NCBI GenBank assembly: GCA_943704425.1
Contig: CALSCP010000858.1
Span: forward strand, 1-38,180
DNA length: 38,180 bases
Direction of reading: 5' to 3'
From: Ministeria vibrans ATCC 50519
Lineage: Eukaryota > Protista > Filasterea
Part shown: in pieces, positions 11,827 to 22,913 of the stretch
Position numbering within the stretch: the first letter of the stretch is position 1
Layout: each line of letters opens with the position of its first letter
Notes under the pieces: generated by a model
The model's database searches: none
What the model was told of the DNA's origin: nothing
The model's input: only the letters and a program-made list of their open reading frames with translations
Translations under genes and position numbers: made by a program

Positions 11827-13433
11827 GTGTGTGAGTGTATCTTTGTGGTGTGTGAGTGTATCTTTGTGGTGTGTGAGTGTGTCTTTGTGGTGTGTGAGTG
11901 TGTCTTTGTGGTGTGTGAGTGTGTCTTTGTGGTGCGTATATATTACTATTCTTAATTTTTTATGTGACAGTGCGACTTAACAAACTGCTCGCTAATGATA
12001 CAATTGTTTTTTTTTTTTTAGGTTCTGATTATCAAAGGGGCGCTCGATATGTCCGCTAAGTGTGTTGGCGACGAGAACATTATGACACCACTCTCAGATG
12101 TGTTCATGGTCGACTCACACGACCGACTCGACCTCCCCACAATGACCAAAGTACGCACATCTTAACATTGTTATTATTTTTTAGTTTATTCAACTCGCAC
12201 CATGTTTGTCACTATGTAGTTGTTGTCGATGGGACACTCGCGTGTTCCCGTGACAATCAATGGTGACCGCCAGGCCGTTGTCGGACTGCTGCTCACCAAG
12301 ACCGTTATCACTTGCAGTCCGCGTACCCCCGAGCCCGTCACCGCGCACATGACACGCGAGATCCTCCGCTTCCCCGCGCATATGCCCCTCTACGACGCAC
12401 TCAACCTCTTTCAGGAGGGCGGAAGTACGAAAGAAAACACAAAGAGTTTATACACTGAGCACACACAAAGCTCACGCCAAGCACAAACCTTTTTTTTTTT
12501 GCGTTTCATTTGGATCATTTTGACGAACTTGTTTTTGGTTAGGCCATTTGGCACTGGTGATTCTGAACGAGGACGACGGAACACAGGAGATTCTGGGGAT
12601 TATCACATTGGAAGATATTATTGAGGTCCGCTCTCTCCCTCTCACTTGTTTCTTTTTCTCTTTTTTGTTTTTCTTACTCATTTTCTCATTCTCTCTCGGT
12701 GTGTCTCGCACTAACTAATTCTCACTTTTTATTTGTACGTTCTCTGATTTAGGAACTGCTCGGAGAGGAGATTGTCGATGAGACGGATCAGTATATTGAT
12801 GTGCGGGACAAGGAGACGCGTGTGGTGCGCATTCCGCGGCTCCTGTCGGACTCAGGCGGACCATCTCTGTCGCGTCTGCTGGACGTGCAAGTGGCGGTGG
12901 AGGAAGTGCAGTCACCGGAGCAGCGCAAGCGACGTGTACGCATACGACGACAGGGGGCAACGGCCAGCGATGTCGAGGGGGCGGCCGGTGGAGGAACAGA
13001 TGGAGAAGGATCGGGGGTGGAGAGTCGGAGGGAACGCATGGCGCGGTGGAGACGCATTGCGCGACAGAAGAGCGGCTCGAATATGGCGAACGACGATGGA
13101 AAACTGAGTGTCAATGAGAGCGACATTGAGATGTCGTATCATGAGCGGAAGCGCCAGCGTCGCAATATGCGACGCGCACGGTCACTGGCAAGTCCCGAAA
13201 CACACTCGGTTGCCGGCGGCGATGAGGCAAGTGCGAGCGTGAGAGGCTTTGATGATGATTTGTCGGACAGAGATGTGTCGGTGGTGGTGGTACCCGAAGA
13301 CAGACCCCAGACGGACTGGGAAGGAAACCGCCAACAAGAGAATGAGGAAGAAGACGATGTCTTTCTGACGGACAATGATACGGACGCACAGCCACTCATC
13401 CCAAAGTCATCTCGCCTCAAATATAAACTATAG
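10679..13433 (+). CDS. CNNM/DUF21 plus CBS-pair metal (Mg2+) transporter
   Basis: AGLMSGLTMGLLSLD; HHLLLVTLLLSNAAAMEALPLFLD; FGEVIPQAVCTRYGL; IIKGALD; MTPLSDVF; GHSRVPV; GIITLEDIIEELLGEEIVDETD. Multi-exon; start could be 10616 or slightly downstream. Confidence 0.93.
11643..11933. repeat. (GT)n microsatellite with an N gap, followed by a ~21-bp minisatellite (gtgtgtgagtgt[a/g]tctttgtg, about 5 copies), in a CNNM intron
   Basis: Seen directly. A related tgtgtctttgtggtg unit occurs in the ribokinase intron at about 23620-23680. Confidence 0.92.
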
Positions 13434-13489
13434 TAATAAAAATAATAATGATAATAATTCTCATCGTTTTACACTTTTTTATACAAATA

Positions 13490-16114
13490 TTAAAAAACGG
13501 AGCGCCCCCCACCCCAAAGATCAGACCCAAACGCACCATTGCCAGGATCATCGTCAAAGTCCTTGCGATGCAGTTGTGACGCAAGTGTGTTATGAGACGG
13601 TGTTCGTGTGACGGGGGCGGTGCGAGTGCGCTGTTCGAGCAGCGCAGTCGTGTTGTCTGCGTTGACCTGCGCTCGCAACACCGGATCGGCAATGTCGGCA
13701 AGAGTAAGAGGCGCCTCACGACTGCCGGGAGCAACGTACACAAGGACGTAGGGTGAGTCACGTGGGAAAGCAGTACACGCACGCTCGACTGCAGCATACG
13801 ATGAGGGGGAGACACGGTCGTCGTTGCACAGCAACCAGGCATTGTCGTTGCCGTCGCTGCCGTTGCAAACGTAACTGTAGTAATGTCCGTGATGGAGAGA
13901 GTCACCGCTGTGTACCACAATGGCCGCAAGCTTGTACGTACGACCGTAGAGCTCCAGAGAGCGCGACAGACTGACGCTGTCGGTAATCTTTGAGGTGCGC
14001 TGGCTCGTGGGAGAGTAGGCAAAGCGTCCGAGAGTAAGCACGAGACAGTCGGGTGTGCGTGAGACAGTCGGAATGCGCTTGGCGGGCTGAGGTGAGCCAC
14101 ACTGGACACATGCATAGGCATTGGCTCCGTCGAGCGTCTCAGGGACCAGTGTAGCATCGAGAAGACTCTGCACGGAGGTGGATGCTGTTTGCTCTTCGCA
14201 TTGGATGGGGACAGTAATGTCACGGAAGCCCTCGGAAACACGCGACTCTGATGCACACGTTTCACAGCGACACACATAGGTCCACTCCCCATCGAACATA
14301 CTCGTGAGAGGCGCGGAATCAACACACTCGTCCTCTTCACCGGTTCTTAATGTGTCTTTTTCTTCGCCACCTCTTGTTGAAGCAAGTTCTTCTTCGCTCA
14401 TGCGATCCAGTAAAAATCGCATGTACTCAGAGCAGTCTTGCTGAGCGCCCCGATCAAACCAAGCGGGAACGGCACTTCGAAAGACCCAGTCGGGCGACAC
14501 GACGGCCCGATGGGAGGCAGCAAGAAAGGCAAAGAGCCGTCGCACAGAGCAGATAACGGGCTGCAGATGTTCGTGGGTGGTGCTAGTGGTGGTTAAGGAA
14601 AGAAGACGACGCGCTAAAAGCGGGGTGGCATGAAAGAGTGCCTGAAGGATGGAATTGCCAAAGCAAGTGTTGCCGAGATTGGCAAGACCCGGAGCAGCCG
14701 CCGGATGAGTGCCAATGCCGACACCCGCACGTGCAGAGAGTATTTCTGAGTGAGTACACGCCGCCATGGACACAGTGGCGTCCAAAAGCGCCTGTTGAGC
14801 AGAGGTCGAGTGAGAGACGTTCCATTCGAGAGCGTCCACGAGCTTGCGATCGAGCTGGAGTGCTTCTTCGCTGAGAGCCTGTGTCGGCATGCACGCTGTT
14901 TGGAGTGCTTCTAGCAGTGCTGGGTACAGTTCGGGGTGGCCCGAGTGACGCTGTGTAAGCACACGAACAAGCCGCGCGAGTTCGTGAAGGGTATCTCCGA
15001 GAATGCGGTGGGCTGCATCGAGTGAGCTCGCGGCCGTGCCAAGGCGGGTACGCAACACAAGCTGTTGTGCAGCTAAGTTGCGAATGGCACGATTGAGAGT
15101 GGGCACGCTGGCAAGAAAAGGTTCAGCTGACGGTCTGTGGCCGGCCACAAGACGTCCGTAGACGGCACAGGTGACAGACATGCACGCGAGAACTTCGGGA
15201 CTGCACGAGTCGACGGAGAGTGACACCAGGGGCAACAATACGAAGGCGCTTGACGAGATCGCCAGCGTGTATAGCGTGCCGTGGCGACCGTCGGCCGCAA
15301 GAGTATCGAGAAGGACGGGAAGCCAGGTAGAGCCAGCCGAAGACACGCTCAACCAGGTACACATGCGACGCAAGCAACGCAACAGTGTGTCGTCAGGTAC
15401 GGCCCGAAACGCAGCCGAGGCCAACTGGCTCGCGTCTTGCTGAGTGAGTACATGCGAGTCGGGCGTGACCACAGCGGCAACAAAAGCAAGAGCGGCACTC
15501 ACGGGGGTGCTTTCGGGGGCGCACTTGCATTCAAACATAGTCTTGAGCACTTGCTGGACAAACGACGAAGCGCTGCCAAGCGACACGCGATGTCCCAGCA
15601 GCGCCGAGAGGGCCGCCGAGTAGACACGACCCTGGGCAAACTGGGCATGGGGCAGAGTACTCGTCCAGCATACAAGTGACTCAATGATGAGCGTTGCGTC
15701 GTCGTCGGTGTCGAGTAGGCTGGGAAATTGACGGATGAGGTCGGAGACGGCGACGCGAGTGGACGCGGTCGAAAACGCATTGGAGCGAAGCCAGCGCTGC
15801 AAGGCAAGGCGCACTATGCCGTGACATTGCACCAGCGTGGTCTCTCGAAGGGGTCCCTCAAATGCACTCGCTGTCGCCTCGAGCGTGCCCCTGAGGAGGA
15901 CGAGCAAGGCGAGCGATACGACAGGTTCGGCGCGCAGAACATTCGCGAGTCGCACAGGCGTCAGAGTAGCGGCAAAGAGGCGCGGGCTCTTTCGGGCGAG
16001 GAGTGGTAGCACCTTGATGGCCTGAGCAGCGCCTTCTCTGGGTGCCACCGGCGACGTACACCATTCAATGGAGGCTTCAAGAAGCGCCGACGTTTGCGAG
16101 TCGGACAGAGACAT
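13490..16114 (-). CDS. USP38: Ubiquitin-specific protease, USP35/USP38 family (intronless, 874 aa)
   Basis: Cys box GLANLGNTCFGNSILQALF; QQDCSEYMRFLLDRMSEEE; His box VVHSG...GHYYSY...NDDRVS; helical N-terminal region; C-terminal DDDP...GGGRSVF resembles the USP35/38 tail. Confidence 0.88.
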   Translation of the reverse strand: MSLSDSQTSALLEASIEWCTSPVAPREGAAQAIKVLPLLARKSPRLFAATLTPVRLANVLRAEPVVSLALLVLLRGTLEATASAFEGPLRETTLVQCHGIVRLALQRWLRSNAFSTASTRVAVSDLIRQFPSLLDTDDDATLIIESLVCWTSTLPHAQFAQGRVYSAALSALLGHRVSLGSASSFVQQVLKTMFECKCAPESTPVSAALAFVAAVVTPDSHVLTQQDASQLASAAFRAVPDDTLLRCLRRMCTWLSVSSAGSTWLPVLLDTLAADGRHGTLYTLAISSSAFVLLPLVSLSVDSCSPEVLACMSVTCAVYGRLVAGHRPSAEPFLASVPTLNRAIRNLAAQQLVLRTRLGTAASSLDAAHRILGDTLHELARLVRVLTQRHSGHPELYPALLEALQTACMPTQALSEEALQLDRKLVDALEWNVSHSTSAQQALLDATVSMAACTHSEILSARAGVGIGTHPAAAPGLANLGNTCFGNSILQALFHATPLLARRLLSLTTTSTTHEHLQPVICSVRRLFAFLAASHRAVVSPDWVFRSAVPAWFDRGAQQDCSEYMRFLLDRMSEEELASTRGGEEKDTLRTGEEDECVDSAPLTSMFDGEWTYVCRCETCASESRVSEGFRDITVPIQCEEQTASTSVQSLLDATLVPETLDGANAYACVQCGSPQPAKRIPTVSRTPDCLVLTLGRFAYSPTSQRTSKITDSVSLSRSLELYGRTYKLAAIVVHSGDSLHHGHYYSYVCNGSDGNDNAWLLCNDDRVSPSSYAAVERACTAFPRDSPYVLVYVAPGSREAPLTLADIADPVLRAQVNADNTTALLEQRTRTAPVTRTPSHNTLASQLHRKDFDDDPGNGAFGSDLWGGGRSVF

Positions 16115-16319
16115 TCACAAGAAACTAAAATTCAATTTGTACTACTGTTCGTGATCACGACGCCGGGGGGGGAAAAGCCGATATTNNNNNNNNNNGGGGG
16201 GGGTGATAAAACGGGCAACTAGCGAGTGATCAAGAAGGAAGCAGCCGAATCATGGGTAATTAATTGAATTTGATTAACTGTCATTTTCAATTAATATTAA
16301 AATATTTTCACAATTAATT

Positions 16320-16629
16320 ATGATTGGACAACTCGAACTTGATACCGCCACTGTGGTGACGGTGCTGGCAACGACTGTTGTGATTGCTGTCATTTCATGG
16401 CTTAGTGGCAGCAAACGCCGTGAATTTGGTCGTTTCCGAGCTCAACTGCAAAATAACCGCGACGAACGTCTGAGAGCTGCTGAGGCGGCAAGCAAGCCCC
16501 ATCGGTGTGTAGGATTGAACGGACCGGCGCTTGTGGAGCAGTTGCATTCAGGCAAGGTGAGCGCGCAGACAACAGTGCGTGCGTTTCTGGCTGAGGTACG
16601 GAAAGAGACATCAACTCCTCTTCTGCTCT

Positions 16630-16695
<66 letters not shown>

Positions 16696-16713
16696 CCCAT
16701 ACCTCACACACAT

Positions 16714-16745
<32 letters not shown>

Positions 16746-17296
16746 TAAACACACATACCTCACACACACACCTCACTCCTGCAAACAGTCCGTCGAGGTG
16801 CACAAGGAAACCAACTCTGTGACTGCCTTCTTCTCGGAGGAAGCCCTTGAGGAGGCGCGCCAGCGGGACGGGCTGTCGGGACCCGCCCGACGTCTGTTTC
16901 CTCTGCACGGCGTGCCCGTCTCCATCAAGGAGTGTCTTAACGTGGCCGGCCAGCACTCGACTGCCGGCTGTGTTGCAATGGGATTGGCCACGGGGGAGTC
17001 GACGCAGGACGCCGTGATTGTTCAGGTGGGTCATAGAGTCGTCATTGCACAAAGTGCGCTGCCACAACGCATTAACCCCAATATTATGCATCCGCAGGTG
17101 TTGCGCGCTCAAGGAGCTTTGCCTTACTGTCACACGAATTTGCCGCAGACCATGATGACGTTTGACTCGAGTAATCCCATCTATGGCAAGTGCACTAACC
17201 CGCACGATTCCGCACGTTCTGCTGGCGGTTCAAGCTCAGGCGAAGGTGAAGAATATAATTTTATTAATATTAATTTTAATTAATTTTATAATAATA

Positions 17297-17358
<62 letters not shown>

Positions 17359-18559
17359 TTATTTTGTTTGTATGGTCGTTCCATTTGAGCAGGCGCATTG
17401 ATTGGTGCAGGAGCATCGATTCTGGGAATTGGCACAGACATTGGAGGCAGCACGCGAACGCCCGCAATCTGGAGCGGAGCAATGGGGTTCAAGCCAACGA
17501 GTCAGCGGCTGTCGAAACGGGGCATTGTGTCGTGTACACAGGGCCAGAGCGGCATTGCATCGACTCCCGGCGTAATGGGATGCGACGTGGCGACGGTTGC
17601 CATGGGGATGCGTGCGCTGCTATGTCCGCTGCACTGGCATCTGGACCCCACAGTAGTGCCACTGCCCTTCAACGACGACGTGTACGAGCAAGGGCTGCCC
17701 TCCATGCGCATCCGCGTCGGCTACTACACCACCGACGGCTTTTTTGATCCCGTTCCCGCATGCAAGCGGGCTGTCCTTGACGTATGCGACCGTCTCGCGC
17801 GCGTCCCGCATCCCGAGTATGCCCAGTCGCCTCGCTACACACTCGTCCCGTTTACTCCACCCGACGTCTCCTATGCCATCGAGCTGTACTACCGTCTTGT
17901 CACCGCCGAGGACTCCACCACTCTTCTCTCGTGGCTCAAGCACGACAAAATTGACCCGTGTGTCGCGTCCGTTGTGACTCTGGCGCGTCTACCGCAGTTG
18001 GCGCGCTCGGCCATTGCGCTCCTGACGGGTGTTCTGGGTTGGTCGCGCATCGAACGCATTGTGAGCACTGCGGGACGCATTGACGTCACCGAGCTATGGG
18101 CACTGCAGCACAAACGCGACGAGTACCGCGCACGGTTTGAAGCGGCCCTCGACGCAGAATCGATTGATGTGATGCTGACACCGACGCTGGCGACACCTGC
18201 CATGCGCGCCAATGGGCCCAGCACCGTGACACAGTCTGCGTCGTACGCCATGCTTTTCAATCTACTCGACTATCCCGCCGGTGTGGTTGTCACCGATTGT
18301 GTCACTGCCGAGGATGAGCTCCATGCTAAGCAGAACTATCCCACAGACGATCTGTGGTACCGCACCATCAAGAAACACCAAGTGGGAACGACCGGTATGA
18401 TACACTACGAAGAACTACTTGAGTCGCGACTGTTTTTTTACACACTCTCCGTCTTCTATAGGTCTTCCCATTGGTGTTCAGGTGGCTGCGCGGCGGTGGC
18501 GCGATGAGCTGTGTTTGCATGTGTTGCGTGACATTGAGACGGCAATGCATCAATCATAA
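16320..18559 (+). CDS. FAAH: Fatty-acid amide hydrolase (amidase signature family) with N-terminal TM helix
   Basis: PLHGVPVSIKE (catalytic Lys), GGSSSGEG, GIGTDIGGSTRTPA (Ser-Ser), FNLLDYPAGVV, last exon GLPIGVQV...MHQS*. Four GT-AG introns. Confidence 0.88.
16631..16770. repeat. (CA)n microsatellite in a FAAH intron; (AAT)n at 17288-17353 in another FAAH intron
   Basis: Seen directly. Confidence 0.92.
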
Positions 18560-18628
18560 ATCACTGTCATTTCGAGAATTTCTTTTGTGGTCTATTTACT
18601 CATACACTTTCGACTTGGGGACACATGT

Positions 18629-19287
18629 TCACTTCTTCTTCTTGCCCTTGCCACCCTTTCCCTTTCCACTCGACGACGCAGATGCATCTGCAACGTTCCC
18701 CGACGCCATCAGTGTACTCTGACCCGCAATCTGGAAGGTAAACTCGCCCTTGGTGGCCGAGTGTAGTTCGCTCATGAGACGGTCATAGTCGCCCGGCACA
18801 ACGCCCACCTCCATCACACACCCTTGGTCAGTGTACTTTTCCCCCTTGCGCTCTGTATAGCGGTGCAGAATACCGCCTGTGGAACCCAAGTGCTTGTGTG
18901 GAATGGTCAGCGTGCCTTCCATCGTGGACTTCTTCAGCGGAATCGCTTCGACCAGTTTGCTGCGCATATCTTCTGCCTGCTTCTCGGCGGGCGTATCCGG
19001 GTCAACGCGGATCTTGAGCGACTCCAACGCCAGCTCAATGCGTGTCACAGGATGCGGGGTGCTCGTGGCTGGGTTCACAAAGTACTTGTGAATGTACCTG
19101 TAAGAGAGAGAGTGAGCAAGGTGTAATAAAGTGAGTGAGACAGAGAGAGAGGAGGGAGAAAGAAACGAAGTGATAGATAGGGAGAGAGCGAGAAAGGAGG
19201 GAGAAAGAAACGAAGTGATAGATAGAGAGAGTGTGTATGTGCGAGAAAGGAAGGAGAAAGAAACAAAGTGAGGAGAGAGAGAGAGTT

Positions 19288-19383
<96 letters not shown>

Positions 19384-19947
19384 ACACATACACAGAATGT
19401 ATATATGATTAATATCAATACTTACGCAACCACCTCCGCTCGCTTCTTCTCCAGCTTCTCCTTGCGCTCCGCCGATGTCTCCGACACTTCGCCCTTCTGA
19501 CAAATGATTTGCATACACTTGTCGAGATCCTCAGTCTCAAAGGCCGCCTGCAGATCTTCACCCCGAGCACGTTCGGCACGCTTAAAGTCGGCAAAGACAG
19601 CCTACAGCAAAGCGACGCGTTAAAGCAAGAGCGTTGTTCTTGTCATCGCTTCTTCTCCCTTTCGCTTACATCGTCAACAAGAGGCACATCGCTCCACGCT
19701 GCCTCCTGCTTGCGCCACTTGAGGACCACGCCGGGGTGGCATGCAACCTCGAAATGGTGCTTGCCAACCTTGTGTCGGACGAGCTGAGAACAGAAAAGAA
19801 GGTTGAGCGAAATGTTCGCGAAATGAATTTCGCAACAAAATAAAAAATGACAAATTCAACACACACACACACGCGCGCGCTTCAACATCCCACCTGGAAC
19901 TGTGAGTGGGACACACTGCTTCCGCTTGAGTTCTTAGTCGAATGCAT
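18629..19947 (-). CDS. SBDS/Sdo1-family ribosome maturation protein (divergent, three-domain)
   Basis: Spliced product LVRHKVGKHHFEVAC...VFADFKRAERARGEDLQAAFET...QKGEVSETSAERKEKLEKKR...VNPATSTPHPVTRIELAL...IPLKK...GDYDRL...TKGE covers SBDS domains I-III. Confidence 0.88.
19288..19393. repeat. (CA)n microsatellite in the SBDS intron; a ~30-bp direct repeat lies at 19151-19180 and 19196-19225
   Basis: Seen directly (repeat unit ggagggagaaagaaacgaagtgatagatag). Confidence 0.9.
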
Positions 19948-20240
19948 ATTGAGAGGAAACAAAAATGAAAAATTGAAAAATCAAATCAATTCAAAGTGAA
20001 AAATATCAAAAGGTCAAAGCGTTAAAAGCAAAATGCTACTGACGAGATTAATATAGGTCTTGTGTGCCTCACTGGTGACCATGTGTCTGTCTGCCGTCTG
20101 GGGTTGGCCTGGTCTTGCGCTCACAATCAATCTTTGATCCTCAACCAATATACAAATTTGCATTCTACTTTTACATCAGCATCAGCTGGACCATTCGGGC
20201 CACAGAGGTCGACCTTGACTGCTAGAGCTTTCCTCGCTAC

Positions 20241-21064
20241 TCACCAGTCGTTGCGAATAAAAAACCACAGTTCGGCGAACAGAGTTAAAAGTGCACCGGC
20301 CAGACCAATAAGGACACGCTACACACACAACACACCTCAAGTCTCAGTGTCGCTGTCCCACTTTGTTTCTTTCTCTATCTTCTTCTCAATCTTCTCCTTA
20401 CCGCTGCCAAGTTCTCGTAGACAAAGGAGGCAGCATAGTAGCAGGAGAGGAACACTGCGGCGGCCGTGAAGAGAAAGCCAAATGCTGTTGACATTTGATC
20501 TTGTGCCTCGCGAATGGCCGATCGTGCCGAGAGTCGCTCATCGTCTCCGTCGCGGTTCACCCCAGGGATGTTACCCACCATTTTCTTGTACTCGCGGTTC
20601 TCTTGTTCCACCTGCAGACGTTTGAGACGCGCAACAAGTTGAGGATTCTGTGTGTATGACAGACAAAGACGAGTGGGTCAGTCACGAGCGACACACACAC
20701 AAAACCACATGCTCACTCTCGGGGGCTTCACGGGAGCCTTTTCAACAATCTCCGATCGCTCCAGCAGTCGATGAAGGGGCACTTTGGCGAGACGAGACAG
20801 TGTTCGCAAGGCACTCAACGAAATACACTCTTCGCCACCCCCCGACCATTCCGCATCGCCAATCCTTACAAGCACCTCCTCCTCCTCATCAGCACCAGCA
20901 GCACTGCCCCTCTGCCCAGCGTCCCTTGCTGTCTTCTCGCTCTTCTTGGTACTGCTGTCATCCGTTGAGTTGGCAGTCGCTTTACTTCGTTGTGTCACCC
21001 GCCCACTCTTCAGCACCTCCACCGCCGCCTCATGCATTGTCGTAGTAACCAACACATTTACCAT
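20241..21064 (-). CDS. TMEM199: V-ATPase assembly factor TMEM199/Vma12
   Basis: LHRLLERSEI...KPPR|NPQLVARLKRLQVEQENREYKKMVGNI followed by two C-terminal TM helices ending LFAELWFFIR. The exact 3' end is uncertain because the TGA overlaps a GTGAGT donor. Confidence 0.82.
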
Positions 21065-21211
21065 CGTGTATAGCAACAAATGACAAAGAAAGTTGATGAA
21101 AGTTACGTTGACTGGTTGAGACTTGAGCGTTATAAAAACTTGACACTTCAGTGATCACTGATCAGTCTGGAGTCTTCGCTCTTCACTTAAATCACTTTTT
21201 TGATTCAGAAC

Positions 21212-22580
21212 ATGGGACTCCGAATCTACGTTGGCGGCATCTCGCACCACCTTCGCGAACGCGACATTGGCGACCTCTTCTCGCGCTACGGGCGCGTCCT
21301 GAGCGTCGATCTGAAGAACGGCTACGGTAATCGATGAGCTTGTGCGTGCGTGCGCTTTCCTTGGGGCTGTCGTGGCGACGTCGCGTCGATTGAGCGAGCG
21401 AACGTGAGAGAAACGAGAGAAAGAAGAGTGAGAGAGAGAGAGAAGAGAGAGAAAGAGTGAGAGAGAAGAGAGAGACACACACACACACTCGCCCGTCCGT
21501 CCCATCAGTCCGCCGGCCTCCCGTGTGTCGTCCGCATGGCTTCCTTGATCGTGATGTGCCGCCGCGTGCTCTCCTGACGCTTCTCTTGTGTGTGTTTTGC
21601 GAACCGGACGAGACGAAAAAAAAAAAAAAAAAAAAATGATCAGCACGTGTCGAGCGCTCTGTGTGCCGCCGGATGCCTTGTACGTGGCCGCCGTGCTTGC
21701 TTGCGAAAGGGAGTTGCTGCGTCACGCCGAGTCGAGAGAGACCCTCAAACCGGTTCAATGGTGATTTTTTTTGTTTTTTTTTTNNNNNNNNNGAGTCTCC
21801 ACAGGGCACGAGTCACTCGACTGCGCCGTATCACCAACAGCCTCAAACCTCCTGTTTCGTTGCTAAGTAGTTTTTACTCATCTCACTTTTTATTATTATT
21901 ATGCCGTCTCGGTTTTAGGCTTTATTGACATGGAAGACGAGCGTGATGCCGAGGATGCGGTGAAGTCGCTGAACGGCTACCGTTTCGAGGACTGTCGTCT
22001 CATTGTTGAGTTCTCGCGTGCCAGTCGACGTGACGGACCCGGCGGCGGTGGCTGCTTCACGTGCGGCAGCGCCGATCACTGGGCTGCGTCGTGCCCCAAC
22101 GGCCGCGGTGACCGTGGTGGTGGCGACCGTGACCGCGGTGGCCGTGCCTGCTTCCGCTGTGGTGCCGTCGGACACATTGCACGCGACTGCAGAGAACCCG
22201 ACCGTCGTGAACGTCGTCGCTCTCGCTCTCGCTCTCCGCGTCGCGACCGTCGTCGCTCTCGTTCTCGCTCCCCGCGCCGTGGCCGCTCCCGCTCGCGTTC
22301 TCCTCGTCGTGGCCGCTCTCGCTCTCGTTCGCGCTCTCCTCGTCGTGGCCGCTCTCGCTCTCGTTCGCGCTCTCCTCGTCGCTCTCGCTCACCTTCTCCT
22401 CGTCGCTCTTCTCGCTCGCGTTCTCCTCGCCATGCCTCTCGCTCCCCTCTCCGCTCTCGCTCGGGCTCTCCTCGCGCCACCTCACGCTCGGTGTCGCCTA
22501 AGCGTTCCCCCTCAGCGGCACGCTCGCGTTCGCCTCCGCCTCGCAAGAGTGTCTCTCGCTCGCCCTCTCCTCGAGACTAA
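21212..22580 (+). CDS. SR-family splicing factor: RRM, two CCHC zinc knuckles and an RS domain (exons 21212-21326 and 21919-22580)
   Basis: MGLRIYVGGI...VDLKNGYG|FIDMEDERDAEDAV RRM; CFTCGSADHWAASC and CFRCGAVGHIARDC knuckles; long RS/SP tail. Confidence 0.93.
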
Positions 22581-22913
22581 ATCACAGACCCACCTTATAC
22601 ACTCAATAGACACACTCGCATCTTCTCTTCTTCTTCTGCTTCTGTTTCTCAAATAAAACAACAAAAACAGAACGCCACTTGTCTTTTACACTCTCCTCGA
22701 GACTAAATCACAGACCGAACCCACCTAGCACACTCAAAGACACTGGCACTTTCTCTTCTTCTTCTCTCCTGCTCACGTTACTCGAATTAAACAACAACAC
22801 AAATCCCGAACCCACCTAACACACTCAAAGACACTGGCATTTTCTCTTCTTCTTCTCTCCTGCTCACGTTACTCGAATTAAACAACAACACAAATCGCCA
22901 CTTGTCTTTTACA
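22565..22913. repeat. Tandem duplication of the SR/ribokinase 3' intergenic region with a nested 91-bp tandem repeat
   Basis: ctctcctcgagactaaatcacagacc occurs at 22565 and 22691; cgccacttgtcttttaca ends at 22690 and 22913; 22715-22805 and 22806-22896 differ at 2 positions. Confidence 0.93.

Noticed and set aside
11643-11955. ORFs with poly-CV, poly-HT, poly-I or poly-Y tracts (also near 16400-16760, 17280-17490, 19035-19520 and 29320-29890)
   Set aside because: These are translations of intronic microsatellites.
13417-14340. 307-aa minus-strand ORF overlapping the USP gene in another frame; similarly 29902-30687(+) over UBXN6
   Set aside because: No recognisable motifs; such ORFs are expected in GC-rich coding DNA.
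16160-16210. G-runs between USP and FAAH as a promoter G-quadruplex
   Set aside because: The runs flank an N gap and may be duplicated contig ends.
22003-22656. Long alternative-frame and antisense ORFs over the RS domain
   Set aside because: Shadow ORFs caused by the repetitive, stop-poor RS codons.
22565-22913. Repeat array as a possible CRISPR or LTR element
   Set aside because: Eukaryotic context, no unique spacers, no cas or pol genes, and no target-site duplications.
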